Translations under genes and position numbers: made by a program
From: Candidatus Microgenomatus sp.
GTDB taxonomy: Bacteria; Patescibacteriota; Microgenomatia; UBA1400; PJMF01
NCBI GenBank assembly: GCA_020724725.1
Contig: DYGL01000001.1
Location: 1-60,586 of the forward strand
Direction of reading: 5' to 3'
Length of the DNA stretch: 60,586 bases
The notes under the pieces: generated by a model
Seen by the model: the letters and a program-made list of their open reading frames with translations, nothing else
Database searches by the model: none
What the model was told of the DNA's origin: nothing
Part shown: positions 45,491 through 54,027 of the stretch, one piece after another
Position numbering within the stretch: position 1 is the stretch's first letter
Layout: every line of letters begins with the position of its first letter

Positions 45491-47530
45491 TTACTTTTTC
45501 AAAAGCTGATTTAAGAAATCAATTGATTGCTGACCAAGGTCTCCTGAATGATTCATTTTAATTTGCAGTTGTTTGGCCTTAATCAATTCTTCTACTCTTG
45601 CACGAGCCTTGCCACGTACGCGCACGCCAACTTTCTTGGCTTCTAGCTCCTGATCGCCAATAATTAACATGATTGGAACTCTGGCTGTCTCAGCGGCACG
45701 AATTTTGGCTTGCAAACGCTCTGAGCGATCATCTAGCTCAACTCGCACACCTTGATCCAAAAGTTGCTCAAAAATTTCTCTAGCATAAGCATTGTGACGA
45801 TCGGCGATTGGCAAGACTTTGACCTGCACTGGCGCGAGCCAAGTTGGGAAATCTCCGCCATGATGCTCGATTAAGAAAGAAAAGAAGCGCTCAAAAGACC
45901 CAACTAAAGCGCGGTGGATCACAAAAGGACGCTGTCTTTCTCCATTTTCATCAACATAAGAGAGGTCAAAACGCTCTGGCAAGTTGAAATCAACTTGAAT
46001 GGTGGAAATACTATCTTCCTTGCCAAAAACATTGACTGCTTGGACATCTAGTTTGGGCCCATAAAAAGCTGCCTCGCCCTTGGCTTCCACATATTCAACA
46101 CCAGCTTCGTCAAGAATTTCGCGCAAGATGTTTTCCGCTTTTTCCCAATCACTGCGTTTGCCACAAGCTTGAAACTTCTCTTTGTCTGGATCAGAAAGTG
46201 AAAGGCGAAAATGATAGTTGTCAAAGCCCATGTCTTCATAAAAAATGTCCAGCATTTTCATCACTTCGCGAAACTGATCTTTAAGTTGTTCTGGGGTACA
46301 GAAAATGTGAGCATCATTCTGAGTAAAACCGCGCACTCTTTGCAAACCATGCAACTCGCCAGACTTTTCGCGACGATAGACCGTGCCAAATTCACCCATC
46401 TTAATTGGTAAATCACGGTAGCTATGGCTTTTGAGACGATAGACCATCATCCCTGCTGGACAGTTCATTGGTTTAGGGTAGTAGACCTCGTCCGAGCCTA
46501 TAACTTTTCCCGAATTATCTGTCTCCTCGTAAGTTAAAGGTGGGTACATACTTTCATCATAAAAACCTAAATGACCTGATTTTTCAAACAATTCTTTTCT
46601 ATTCAAATGTGGGGTTAAAATATGGACATAACCGAAACGGCGCTCCATTTTCATCATGTAATCTTCTAAAACACGACGCATGGCGTAACCATTGGGCAAC
46701 CATACTGGTAAACCTTGGCCAATCTCTGGAATAATGGCAAAAAGTTCCATTTCCTTGCCAATTTTACGATGATTGCGCTCCTCTGCCATTTGTTTTTTGC
46801 TGAGATAATCATCTAGCTCTGCTTGACTAGCAAAAGCCGTACCATAAATGCGGGTCAGCATTTTATTTTTCTCACTCCCGCGCCAATAGGCTCCAGCCAC
46901 GCTCAACAGTTTAAAAGCTTTAATTTCGGAAATTTTGCTAACGTGAGGACCTTTGCACAAATCGACAAAAGAAGCCAATTTAACACTAGTTTTAGCGCCA
47001 GCCGCCATCATTTCTAAACTAGCCAACAATTTTTTGTCAGCTTCAATTTGCTCGCTACGACCGGTTAGGTAAAAAGTCACTTGACTAGGTTTCTTTTCCA
47101 AAACCTGATGTTTAATCGGCGAGCTTCCATTGCTGATTGACTCACTTAATTCAAAATCCTCAGCATTTTCTAGACCATCTAACAACTCTTGCTTATAGAT
47201 ATTGTCGGCAAAAACTTGACGAGCAACTTTTATCGATACCTCTACTCGCTCCATCAACAAACTTTGTTGGATAAGCTTCTTCATTTCTTTTTCAATTTTG
47301 GGAAAATCTTTTTCCGTAATTCTTAAGCCCTGCTCACGAGCACTGTCAGACAAATCAAAATCAAAATAGAAACCATCGGCAATTGCCGGACCCATAGCCT
47401 TGATAATATTAGGATTGCTCTTGTTATCACTGCCATAAATTTTTTCCATCGCCATAGTTAGCACATGCTCGCTAGTGTGACGTAAACGAAAAAGTTGTTC
47501 ATCTTGATCTAAATTCTTTGCTTTGGGCAT
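45491..47530 (-). CDS. thrS: threonine--tRNA ligase (no N-terminal TGS domain)
   Basis: Editing-domain HxxxH/CxxxH (HTSEHV, CKGPHV), a class II catalytic core (FRLSLSDP, GTVYRRE, QNDAHIF) and a C-terminal anticodon-binding domain. Confidence 0.95.
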   Translation of the reverse strand: MPKAKNLDQDEQLFRLRHTSEHVLTMAMEKIYGSDNKSNPNIIKAMGPAIADGFYFDFDLSDSAREQGLRITEKDFPKIEKEMKKLIQQSLLMERVEVSIKVARQVFADNIYKQELLDGLENAEDFELSESISNGSSPIKHQVLEKKPSQVTFYLTGRSEQIEADKKLLASLEMMAAGAKTSVKLASFVDLCKGPHVSKISEIKAFKLLSVAGAYWRGSEKNKMLTRIYGTAFASQAELDDYLSKKQMAEERNHRKIGKEMELFAIIPEIGQGLPVWLPNGYAMRRVLEDYMMKMERRFGYVHILTPHLNRKELFEKSGHLGFYDESMYPPLTYEETDNSGKVIGSDEVYYPKPMNCPAGMMVYRLKSHSYRDLPIKMGEFGTVYRREKSGELHGLQRVRGFTQNDAHIFCTPEQLKDQFREVMKMLDIFYEDMGFDNYHFRLSLSDPDKEKFQACGKRSDWEKAENILREILDEAGVEYVEAKGEAAFYGPKLDVQAVNVFGKEDSISTIQVDFNLPERFDLSYVDENGERQRPFVIHRALVGSFERFFSFLIEHHGGDFPTWLAPVQVKVLPIADRHNAYAREIFEQLLDQGVRVELDDRSERLQAKIRAAETARVPIMLIIGDQELEAKKVGVRVRGKARARVEELIKAKQLQIKMNHSGDLGQQSIDFLNQLLKK

Positions 47531-47590
47531 GATGCCTTTCTTTTTTTATTTGTTTTTATCTTTTTGTTAGGTTAAAAAATGAGTTCGTCT

Positions 47591-47640
47591 TTCGTCTATA
47601 CTCAAGACATTCCCTCGCATAAACTCGGTCAAAAAAACCC
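47591..47640. repeat. inverted repeat, right copy
   Basis: Reverse complement matches 44833..44882 at 46/50 positions. Confidence 0.85.
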
Positions 47641-47654
47641 GCTCTCTGGCGGGG
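47631..47654 (-). terminator. rho-independent terminator after the DUF2207 gene
   Basis: The minus strand reads CCCGC-CAGAGA-GCGGG followed by T7. Confidence 0.65.
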
Positions 47655-47781
47655 TTATTTTTCAAACAACAACAAAACCCCGCTTCCTAAGCAGTGGTAG
47701 TGGTGGTGTTTGAAAAAATGATTGACACGGTTTGGATTATAAACCACTTTTGAAACAAGGTAAAGCCAAAAAAGCTAAGCC

Positions 47782-49896
47782 CTAACCAGCTCCACCTCCT
47801 CCACCTCCACCGCCACCTCCGCCACCGCCAGAGAAACCACCACTTGATCCAGAACCTGAGGCTCCATAACTGCGACTAGCGGAAGTTGTTAGGCCAGCAA
47901 AAGCTCCGCCCAAAGAATTGAGCGAGTCGCTTAAAGAACCTAAACTAATTGCATTAAGATCGCCCACTGAAGAGTCACTTAGATTGTTAAAGCTTGAAAC
48001 ACCCCAATAAGTTCTCAAAACCTGCTGATCGCTGTCAGAAAATTTAACTGGCAATTGTGATAGAGCCTTGACTGAAACCCCAAAAAGCGTACCGTAGATT
48101 AGGTATTTTTCCCACAAAATGATGCTGTCGATGGCGTAATCCTTAGTTTTTTGATAAGCAAACATGTGTTTTTTGAAAGCTCGCCAAGCACTAGCTTCTT
48201 CCCAGCCTTTTTTGCTACGCTTCTGAGCAAAATGCTGTAGAAAAGCAAAAATCATGCCCAAACTAAAAAAGACAAATAAATTAGTCGTACCCACAAACAA
48301 ACCCAGAGTGACCAAGTCGCCAGTCTTACTAGAAGGCTCTCCCTCCAACAAGGATCCCATTAGAAACAATAAAATAAAACTAAAAAAAGGCACTAATAAA
48401 ACTCTTAAGGCTGAAAAGCTTTTAGCGTAGAGATAAGATTCTTTTTCAAAATAACCAGCTTGCAAGCCCTCATCTAAAGCCATTTTTTCCAAACTCTTAA
48501 AGAAAGAATAGCTTGAAGATGGATAAGTCTTGAGATATTTACCAATATCCAATAAAGCCAAGCGACGCTTGCTTTCGGATGCCGGAGCCTTAGTCAAATC
48601 TAGCCTTGTTGACCAAGCTTGTTTGGTGGAATCAAAATATTGCAAGTAGCTTTTGGCAACTTTTCTGGTCAAAAACTCATAGACTGCTTGCTCCACTGCT
48701 GCCAACTTAAGCACTCTCGCGCCTTTTGTTAGTTCGTCCACTCCCTCAACTAAGCGACCTGTTTTCTCCAAAAAATAATGATATTCCTTTTTGAGAAAAC
48801 CAATTTTTTCCTGGCTACGAGTAATTTTGAAAAGTTTCTTTTGCACCAAAGACAAAACTGTGGCGGTAAAAACTTTGGGATTTAATTTGCTGGTGGCGGT
48901 CAGTAGTTGCAAAACTACTGCTGGCTCCAAATCACTTGGAGGCTCCCAAACACCACTTAAATTTTGTAGGGGTTTGTCTTTGCCCAGACGCCAAAATTTG
49001 CTAAATTCTACTATGGTGAGAAAAACTCCAAAGAAAAAGAGTAAAATACCTAAAACTAAATAAATCATTCCTAAACGCTCAGCTTTCTTGAGCTTTTGTT
49101 CGGTTTCCTGAATGAAAGCTTCCTCTTCCGCCAAAATGCTAGCCAAAGTCAGGTTACCATTATCTAATTCATCCTTTTTATTTGGAAAAAGATTTTTGGG
49201 CAACAAAAGCCTGCCTTCAAAAAATTTCCCGAGTTGCAGATCTTGAGTTTGCCAAGAAACAGCAAAAAGATTATTTGCTTTATCTGGCAAAGAAGCAATG
49301 CTAACTGTAGCACTAAGTGGACCATGGCCAAAAGCTTTCAGCTCATCAATCTGGCTAGCCAAAGTTTCTTTGGGCAAAAAGACTTGAGCCTGAACGTTTT
49401 GGCTGGTCACTTCCCAACCTTGACCAACGAACTGCCAATACAACTCCGCCACGTCTTGATGTTTGGTGAGAGCATTGGCAACTTTGTAACTTAAAATAAA
49501 AGTTTTAGGCTCGTAGTTAGCTTGAAAATGCCACTGCAAATAATATTCGTCTGCTCTTTCTTCAACAACAAAAGTATGGTCTGGATTGTTCCTGGGTTCA
49601 GTAAAATTAGTTTCTGCTGTCGATAGCTCTTTATAGCAAGTTTCACTATCCTTTTCGCAGAGCTTAAAATCAGACAAAAGATAATCCTCTTCTCTAGTGG
49701 TGCTTTGCTTGCTGATACTTTGATAAACAAAGCGATAATCACCTTGAAAATTAAATTGTCTGGTTTCAGTCACCTGCATTGATCCGTCTTGGTTGAGGAA
49801 AGCTTGAATGTCGACTTGATTGATAGAGTACTCTTTGGCAAAAATTTGACTTGGAAAAAGAAAAAACAAAGTTAGAAAAAAAAGAAGCAATTGCAT
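47782..49896 (-). CDS. DUF2207-like membrane protein with poly-Gly tail
   Basis: Signal peptide, a large extracytoplasmic N-domain, several TM helices, and a C-terminal GSGSSGGFSGGGGGGGGGGGGGAG tail. Start set at MQLLLFF. Confidence 0.65.
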   Translation of the reverse strand: MQLLLFFLTLFFLFPSQIFAKEYSINQVDIQAFLNQDGSMQVTETRQFNFQGDYRFVYQSISKQSTTREEDYLLSDFKLCEKDSETCYKELSTAETNFTEPRNNPDHTFVVEERADEYYLQWHFQANYEPKTFILSYKVANALTKHQDVAELYWQFVGQGWEVTSQNVQAQVFLPKETLASQIDELKAFGHGPLSATVSIASLPDKANNLFAVSWQTQDLQLGKFFEGRLLLPKNLFPNKKDELDNGNLTLASILAEEEAFIQETEQKLKKAERLGMIYLVLGILLFFFGVFLTIVEFSKFWRLGKDKPLQNLSGVWEPPSDLEPAVVLQLLTATSKLNPKVFTATVLSLVQKKLFKITRSQEKIGFLKKEYHYFLEKTGRLVEGVDELTKGARVLKLAAVEQAVYEFLTRKVAKSYLQYFDSTKQAWSTRLDLTKAPASESKRRLALLDIGKYLKTYPSSSYSFFKSLEKMALDEGLQAGYFEKESYLYAKSFSALRVLLVPFFSFILLFLMGSLLEGEPSSKTGDLVTLGLFVGTTNLFVFFSLGMIFAFLQHFAQKRSKKGWEEASAWRAFKKHMFAYQKTKDYAIDSIILWEKYLIYGTLFGVSVKALSQLPVKFSDSDQQVLRTYWGVSSFNNLSDSSVGDLNAISLGSLSDSLNSLGGAFAGLTTSASRSYGASGSGSSGGFSGGGGGGGGGGGGGAG

Positions 49897-49956
49897 CACA
49901 CAACATTCTAGCAATTGCAGAGAAGATTAGCAAAGAAATATGGATAAGACACCCTC

Positions 49957-49985
49957 TTCACAAAATTCTAGATTAGCGATATAAT
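49957..49985 (+). promoter_or_regulatory. sigma70-type promoter upstream of rplJ
   Basis: TTCACA, a 17-nt spacer, then TATAAT. It leaves a ~165-nt leader containing a bulged hairpin (CUUUUAGAC...GUCUAGCUAAAAG). Confidence 0.5.
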
Positions 49986-50156
49986 CTCCTCTTGTTCCAA
50001 AGACAGTGTGGCTTTTAGACAGATTAAGTCTAGCTAAAAGTTAAAAATCGCACCGAGGAAAAATAGCTTTTTTGTTATTTCTCCCCTTTTTGCTTTTTCC
50101 ACCCTAATGCTTTGGCTCAAAATAAGTCTAGTAATTTAGTAGTTTGAAAGATTTTT

Positions 50157-50660
50157 ATGCCAAACCAACACAATCAAGAACAAGTTAAGATTATTCAAGA
50201 GAAATTAGACAAAGCCGCTTCCATGGTCGTGATCGACTATGCCAAAACCAATGTCAAAGATTTGACCGAGCTTCGTGCTGCCTTAGTTGAAGCTGGTGGT
50301 GAGATGTTTGTCACCAAAAACACTTTAATTGACATTGCTGTAGGCAGAGGCAAGTTAACCGAATCATTACAAGGCATGAGTGCCGCTGTTTTCTCATACA
50401 ACGATCCAGTTTCTGCTATCAAAGCTTTGGTGAAGTTTCATGATGAGAAAGAGCTTTTGGAAATCAAACAAGGTTTCATGGATGGCAAAGTTTTGTCCAC
50501 TGCTGAAATCAAAGCTTTGAGCAAATTGCCAAGCAAAAACGAACTCATCGTTATGCTTATTCAACGCCTCAAGTCTCCTGGACAAGGTTTGGTCAATGTT
50601 TTGCAAGCCAATGCTCGCAACTTGGTCTACGTGATGAAGGCTATCGCCGACAAAAAATAA
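50157..50660 (+). CDS. rplJ: 50S ribosomal protein L10
   Basis: Typical L10 N-terminal pattern, positioned upstream of rplL. Confidence 0.9.
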   Translation: MPNQHNQEQVKIIQEKLDKAASMVVIDYAKTNVKDLTELRAALVEAGGEMFVTKNTLIDIAVGRGKLTESLQGMSAAVFSYNDPVSAIKALVKFHDEKELLEIKQGFMDGKVLSTAEIKALSKLPSKNELIVMLIQRLKSPGQGLVNVLQANARNLVYVMKAIADKK

Positions 50661-50710
50661 TATTAATTAGCTGTTAGAAAAAATAATAAGTAATAAAGAA
50701 AGGAATATAT

Positions 50711-51115
50711 ATGGCAGATGAGAAACAACTCTCAGAAAAAGTCCAAAAAGTCGTTGACGCTGTGAAAGAACTTTCCCTAATGGAAGTCTCTGAACTCGTA
50801 ACCGCTTTGGAAGACACCTTTGGTGTAACCGCAGCTGCTCCCATGATGATGGGTGCTATGCCTGCTGGTGCAGCCGGAGACGCTCCAGCCGCCGAAGCCA
50901 AGGATGAATTTGATGTCATCCTTAAGGAAGCTGGTAGCAACAAAATTGGTGCTATCAAAGCTGTGCGCACCATCAAACCAGAACTTGGTTTGGGTGAAGC
51001 CAAAACTTTCGTCGAATCCGCTCCTAAGCCAGTCTTAGAAGGTGTGAAGAAAGAAGATGCTGAAGCCGCCAAGAAAACCTTGGAAGAGGCTGGTTGTGTC
51101 GTTGAATTGAAGTAA
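50711..51115 (+). CDS. rplL: 50S ribosomal protein L7/L12
   Basis: Ala/Pro-rich hinge and a conserved C-terminal domain (KIGAIKAVR...LGLGEAK..VE). Confidence 0.95.
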   Translation: MADEKQLSEKVQKVVDAVKELSLMEVSELVTALEDTFGVTAAAPMMMGAMPAGAAGDAPAAEAKDEFDVILKEAGSNKIGAIKAVRTIKPELGLGEAKTFVESAPKPVLEGVKKEDAEAAKKTLEEAGCVVELK

Positions 51116-51140
51116 TTTAACTTCTTTTTCAAAGTAAAAG

Positions 51141-51168
51141 AAAACCCGCGCCACAAGCGCGGGTTTTT
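51141..51168. terminator. bidirectional rho-independent terminator
   Basis: A-run, CCCGCGC-CACAA-GCGCGGG, T-run, between the convergent rplL and the 51191..51568 gene. Confidence 0.75.
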
Positions 51169-51190
51169 GGTTGTCTAAAAAATTGTTTTT

Positions 51191-51568
51191 TTATTTCAAA
51201 AACCTCTTGCCAATAAAGATACCAGTACCCAAGAAGAGATAAAACAAAGACACACTAATGTCATTTACCTTGGCAGTTTCTCTAGATTTGGCTACTCTAG
51301 AGAGACAAATCTCCTTCTGTTCTATCGCCATCTTTTCCTCATCAGCAGTAGCTTCTCTTGGCGTACCCTCCATACCATAATAGGTCATTGGGTAGGCACA
51401 ATCCTCTTCTCTTTCACCATAGTAATTGTTGAAAGACAAAACTCCTCCACTTGGATACTTATCAAACAAATAAAAGTTGAGGGTGGTTCTAATAGCACCA
51501 TAAACACCAAGTAAGACAAAAATTAAAGCCAAAACAGAAACAAAGTAAGAAATTTTGTTTTCTTTCAT
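51191..51568 (-). CDS. hypothetical membrane protein
   Basis: N-terminal and C-terminal TM helices flank a ~70-aa loop. Confidence 0.5.
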   Translation of the reverse strand: MKENKISYFVSVLALIFVLLGVYGAIRTTLNFYLFDKYPSGGVLSFNNYYGEREEDCAYPMTYYGMEGTPREATADEEKMAIEQKEICLSRVAKSRETAKVNDISVSLFYLFLGTGIFIGKRFLK

Positions 51569-51643
51569 ATGTTTTCATTATGAGCTTGGAGTCAAAAATA
51601 AGCAAATCTTGCCTAGATTTGGCAAGGATGAAATACTAGATCT

Positions 51644-51946
51644 ATGCCCAAAAAGACCAAAAGTAAAAAAGATAAAAATAGAAACGGCGTCGACGATCGC
51701 TTGGACTGGATTACCAACGCTTGCGCGGTAATTCTACCTTTCACCACTCTTGACCAACTTTACATTATCTATATCGAAAAAAAGATTGAAGGCGTCTCTG
51801 CCATCACTTGGTTTCTCTACGGCTTACTTAGTATTCCTCTCCTAATCTACTCTTTAAAGAGAAAAGATTTGCCCATGATCTTGCTCAACGGTCTCTGGGT
51901 ACTGTTTGATTTTGCTGTCTGGGCCGGCGTAGTTATTTTTTCCTAG
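51644..51946 (+). CDS. 3-TM PQ-loop/SemiSWEET-like protein
   Basis: Three TM helices after a basic N-tail. LDQLYIIY...EGVSAITWFLYG resembles the PQ-loop motif, with PQ replaced by DQ. Confidence 0.4.
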   Translation: MPKKTKSKKDKNRNGVDDRLDWITNACAVILPFTTLDQLYIIYIEKKIEGVSAITWFLYGLLSIPLLIYSLKRKDLPMILLNGLWVLFDFAVWAGVVIFS

Positions 51947-52574
51947 CCAAGCAATAAATCCACTTAACCTCCAAGCGCCCACCAATATCTGGCAGATTAT
52001 CTTGGATTTGCAAGATTTCAAAACCAGTCTTGCCAAGTAAAGTTTCAATTTCAGCCTTAGTGAACCACCTAAAAAACCGCTCATGAAAGGAAACATTATC
52101 TGCAACTACCGCAGTTTTTGCCTTACCGAGCTGCTGTTTGACGTAAACGTGCAAAACACCATTCTTTTTCAAAACTCGATTAAATTCCTCTAGCGCTTTG
52201 GTCACTTCCTCAATAGTTTCTAGGTGCAATAAAGAAGCCTGTGCCCAAACTCCAGCGAAGCTTTCATTTGCAAAAGGCAGATCTAGAAAATTGCCCTGCA
52301 CAAAAGTGAGATCTGGATAGCTCTCTCTGGCCAACTCTATCAAAGAATTGGATAGATCAAGACCAGTTACTTCCAAGCCTAGTTCGCTCAAAATTTTTGT
52401 GTCTCTGCCAGCAGCACAACCAGCATCCAAAACTTTTTTGCCTTGACCAACAGCTAAAGAAAATTTTTCTTGAAGCTCTCTGCTGGATAAATTCGAAATT
52501 GTACTCGCATATTGCTTGGCGTTGGCGTCATACCAAGCAATGGTGTCTTTGAAACCCTTAATCTTGTTTGTCAT
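51933..52574 (-). CDS. class I SAM-dependent methyltransferase
   Basis: Motif I VLDAGCAAGRD and post-I LDLS. The start is uncertain (ATG 52574 or GTG 52601). Confidence 0.8.
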   Translation of the reverse strand: MTNKIKGFKDTIAWYDANAKQYASTISNLSSRELQEKFSLAVGQGKKVLDAGCAAGRDTKILSELGLEVTGLDLSNSLIELARESYPDLTFVQGNFLDLPFANESFAGVWAQASLLHLETIEEVTKALEEFNRVLKKNGVLHVYVKQQLGKAKTAVVADNVSFHERFFRWFTKAEIETLLGKTGFEILQIQDNLPDIGGRLEVKWIYCLARKK

Positions 52575-52614
52575 GTCTATAGTTTTAACAAATTTTCCCA
52601 CATTTGCCTATTCT

Positions 52615-52850
52615 CAAAAGTTATAGGATATTAGTTTCGCCTTTTTTCGCCATTTCAAAAAATTATAGGATAATTATGTGGAAAGTCGGGTAAAACTTTG
52701 TTGCCAACCAAAACTAAAAACAAAATTGGGCAATTTTCCCTCTTGACCCATAGAGCCACAATCTGTTACTGTTGGATATAGATCAAAACAATACTTTGAT
52801 CTAAAAAGATTCATTCCTCACCAATTAACCCACAAAGTTATGGGATATAA
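52615..52850. repeat. three copies of an AA(A/G)TTAT(A/G)GGATA motif
   Basis: Copies at 52615-52633, 52656-52676 and 52833-52850, all in the same orientation, in the 300-nt intergenic region upstream of the HTH gene. Confidence 0.6.
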
Positions 52851-52907
52851 AATTTATTTAATCAAATAATCAAAGGGTCAAAGTACCCCAAGAGAGCGAA
52901 AGGAAGC

Positions 52908-53180
52908 ATGAACGACAACCTCAACATGATGAGCGAAGACGAAAAAAGAACTGGTCGAGCTGATGACGCCAGTAAGCTAGATATCAAAAATCTTCCTGAT
53001 CTATTAACTGTTCGTGAAGTAGCAGATTTACTGCGCGTTTCACCACTCACCATCAAGCGCTGGGGTAAAAGAGGTAAATTGCCCGCCATTCGCATTAATT
53101 CTAGAGGTGACAGACGTTACAAAAAAGAAGCTGTTCTCTGGTTGCTAGGTGTCAATCCTAGTGGAGCTGAAGAAGAATAG
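52908..53180 (+). CDS. excisionase/MerR-superfamily HTH DNA-binding protein
   Basis: LLTVREVADLLRVSPLTIKRWGKRGKLPAIRI...RRY matches the HTH_17 pattern. Confidence 0.75.
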   Translation: MNDNLNMMSEDEKRTGRADDASKLDIKNLPDLLTVREVADLLRVSPLTIKRWGKRGKLPAIRINSRGDRRYKKEAVLWLLGVNPSGAEEE

Positions 53181-53969
53181 TTAGTAACCTAAAATTCTTA
53201 GAAAAGTCAGCTTGATAAAAGCTAGTAAACGCAATTGGCGACGATAGCGCCATGGTTGTTTGATGAGACGATACAACCATTCTAGGCCAATTCTTTGGAT
53301 TAGCTGGGGTGCTCTAGGTATTTTGGCCAAGATAAAGTCAAAAGAGCCACCAACCGCCATCGCCAGTTTCACTTGACCATCTCGCAAAAGTTGCAAATGA
53401 TCAATAATCCATTTTTCCTGATCTGGAGCTCCCAGAGCCACAAAAACCAGACTTGGTTTTAGTTTTTTAATGATTTCAGTCAAAGCTTGTTCTTCAATTG
53501 GCAAGATTTCATTTTTTTCCTGATAAGCCTCTGTCCAATAGAGGTTGGGGCCAATTTTTAACAAACTGCTCTGATCCTCAAATGATTCTCCCTGATAAGA
53601 ACCCTTATAGTCTCGACCGCCAATCACCAAGGTTTTGAATCCTTGCTTCTGCGCTAAATCAAGTAAGTGTTCAACCACCTCTACTCCAGCCAAGCGCTCG
53701 GTCAAAGTTACTTTTTGGCGCCCAAAAAACTTGAGTAAGCGAGAAGCCCAGACCAGGCCAATCCCATCGGCCAACAAATAATCAGCTTGCTGGAGATTTT
53801 GCGCAAAAACTAAATCTTGCTTGGCCAAAACAACTTGTTCTGGATTGGGAGTGAAAATAGTCAGGGTTGGCTTTGCCTGACTTGCAAGCAAAAAATCTTG
53901 CAAAGTGGTAAAAAACTCTTTTTTTGAAGTGTTGAGAATTGGCAAACCAAAAAGCATGACTTTTTGCAT
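53181..53969 (-). CDS. tagA: WecB/TagA/CpsF-family (GT26) glycosyltransferase
   Basis: Motifs DGIGLVWASR, FVALGAPDQEKWI, GGSFDF, and a LEW.YRL tail. Confidence 0.8.
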   Translation of the reverse strand: MQKVMLFGLPILNTSKKEFFTTLQDFLLASQAKPTLTIFTPNPEQVVLAKQDLVFAQNLQQADYLLADGIGLVWASRLLKFFGRQKVTLTERLAGVEVVEHLLDLAQKQGFKTLVIGGRDYKGSYQGESFEDQSSLLKIGPNLYWTEAYQEKNEILPIEEQALTEIIKKLKPSLVFVALGAPDQEKWIIDHLQLLRDGQVKLAMAVGGSFDFILAKIPRAPQLIQRIGLEWLYRLIKQPWRYRRQLRLLAFIKLTFLRILGY

Positions 53970-54027
53970 AGCCCTAATTTTAACAGGTTTTTTCCGCTAA
54001 AGGCTAAATCATGCTAAAATTTAAGCT

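Noticed and set aside
47531-47781. T-box or other long riboswitch leader for thrS.
   Set aside because: The distance from the upstream terminator to the thrS AUG is only ~100 nt. No specifier-loop/T-box sequence (AAUUAGGGUGGUACCGCG-like) is present.
47788-47850. Simple GGN repeat at the 3' end of the DUF2207 gene, as a possible slippage or phase-variation tract.
   Set aside because: The codons are mixed (GGA/GGT/GGC/GGG on the coding strand), not a homopolymer or perfect microsatellite. Poly-Gly tails are a normal feature of this family.
50262-50275. 12-nt match (ttgaccgagctt) inside rplJ to the inverted-repeat core.
   Set aside because: It is a short match within a conserved coding sequence (DLTELR), and the flanks do not extend the similarity. 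It is probably chance.
50674-51156. 160-aa ORF antisense to rplL. Similar nested or antisense ORFs from the track include 44368..44778 opposite rplA, 37208..37522, 2743..3021, 4247..4444, 42043..42476 and 16979..17294.
   Set aside because: Each lies entirely within, or opposite to, a gene with strong family-level motifs. They have low-complexity or mirror-image composition and no start context, so they are treated as frame shadows.
52602-52907. Possible oriC: AT-rich, with repeated TTATAGGATA whose reverse complement (TATCCTATAA) vaguely resembles a DnaA box, plus a TTATGTGGA word.
   Set aside because: There are only 6-7/9 matches to TTATCCACA. There is no dnaA/dnaN nearby, and no AT-rich unwinding repeats were recognised. 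Operator sites for the adjacent HTH gene are the simpler reading.
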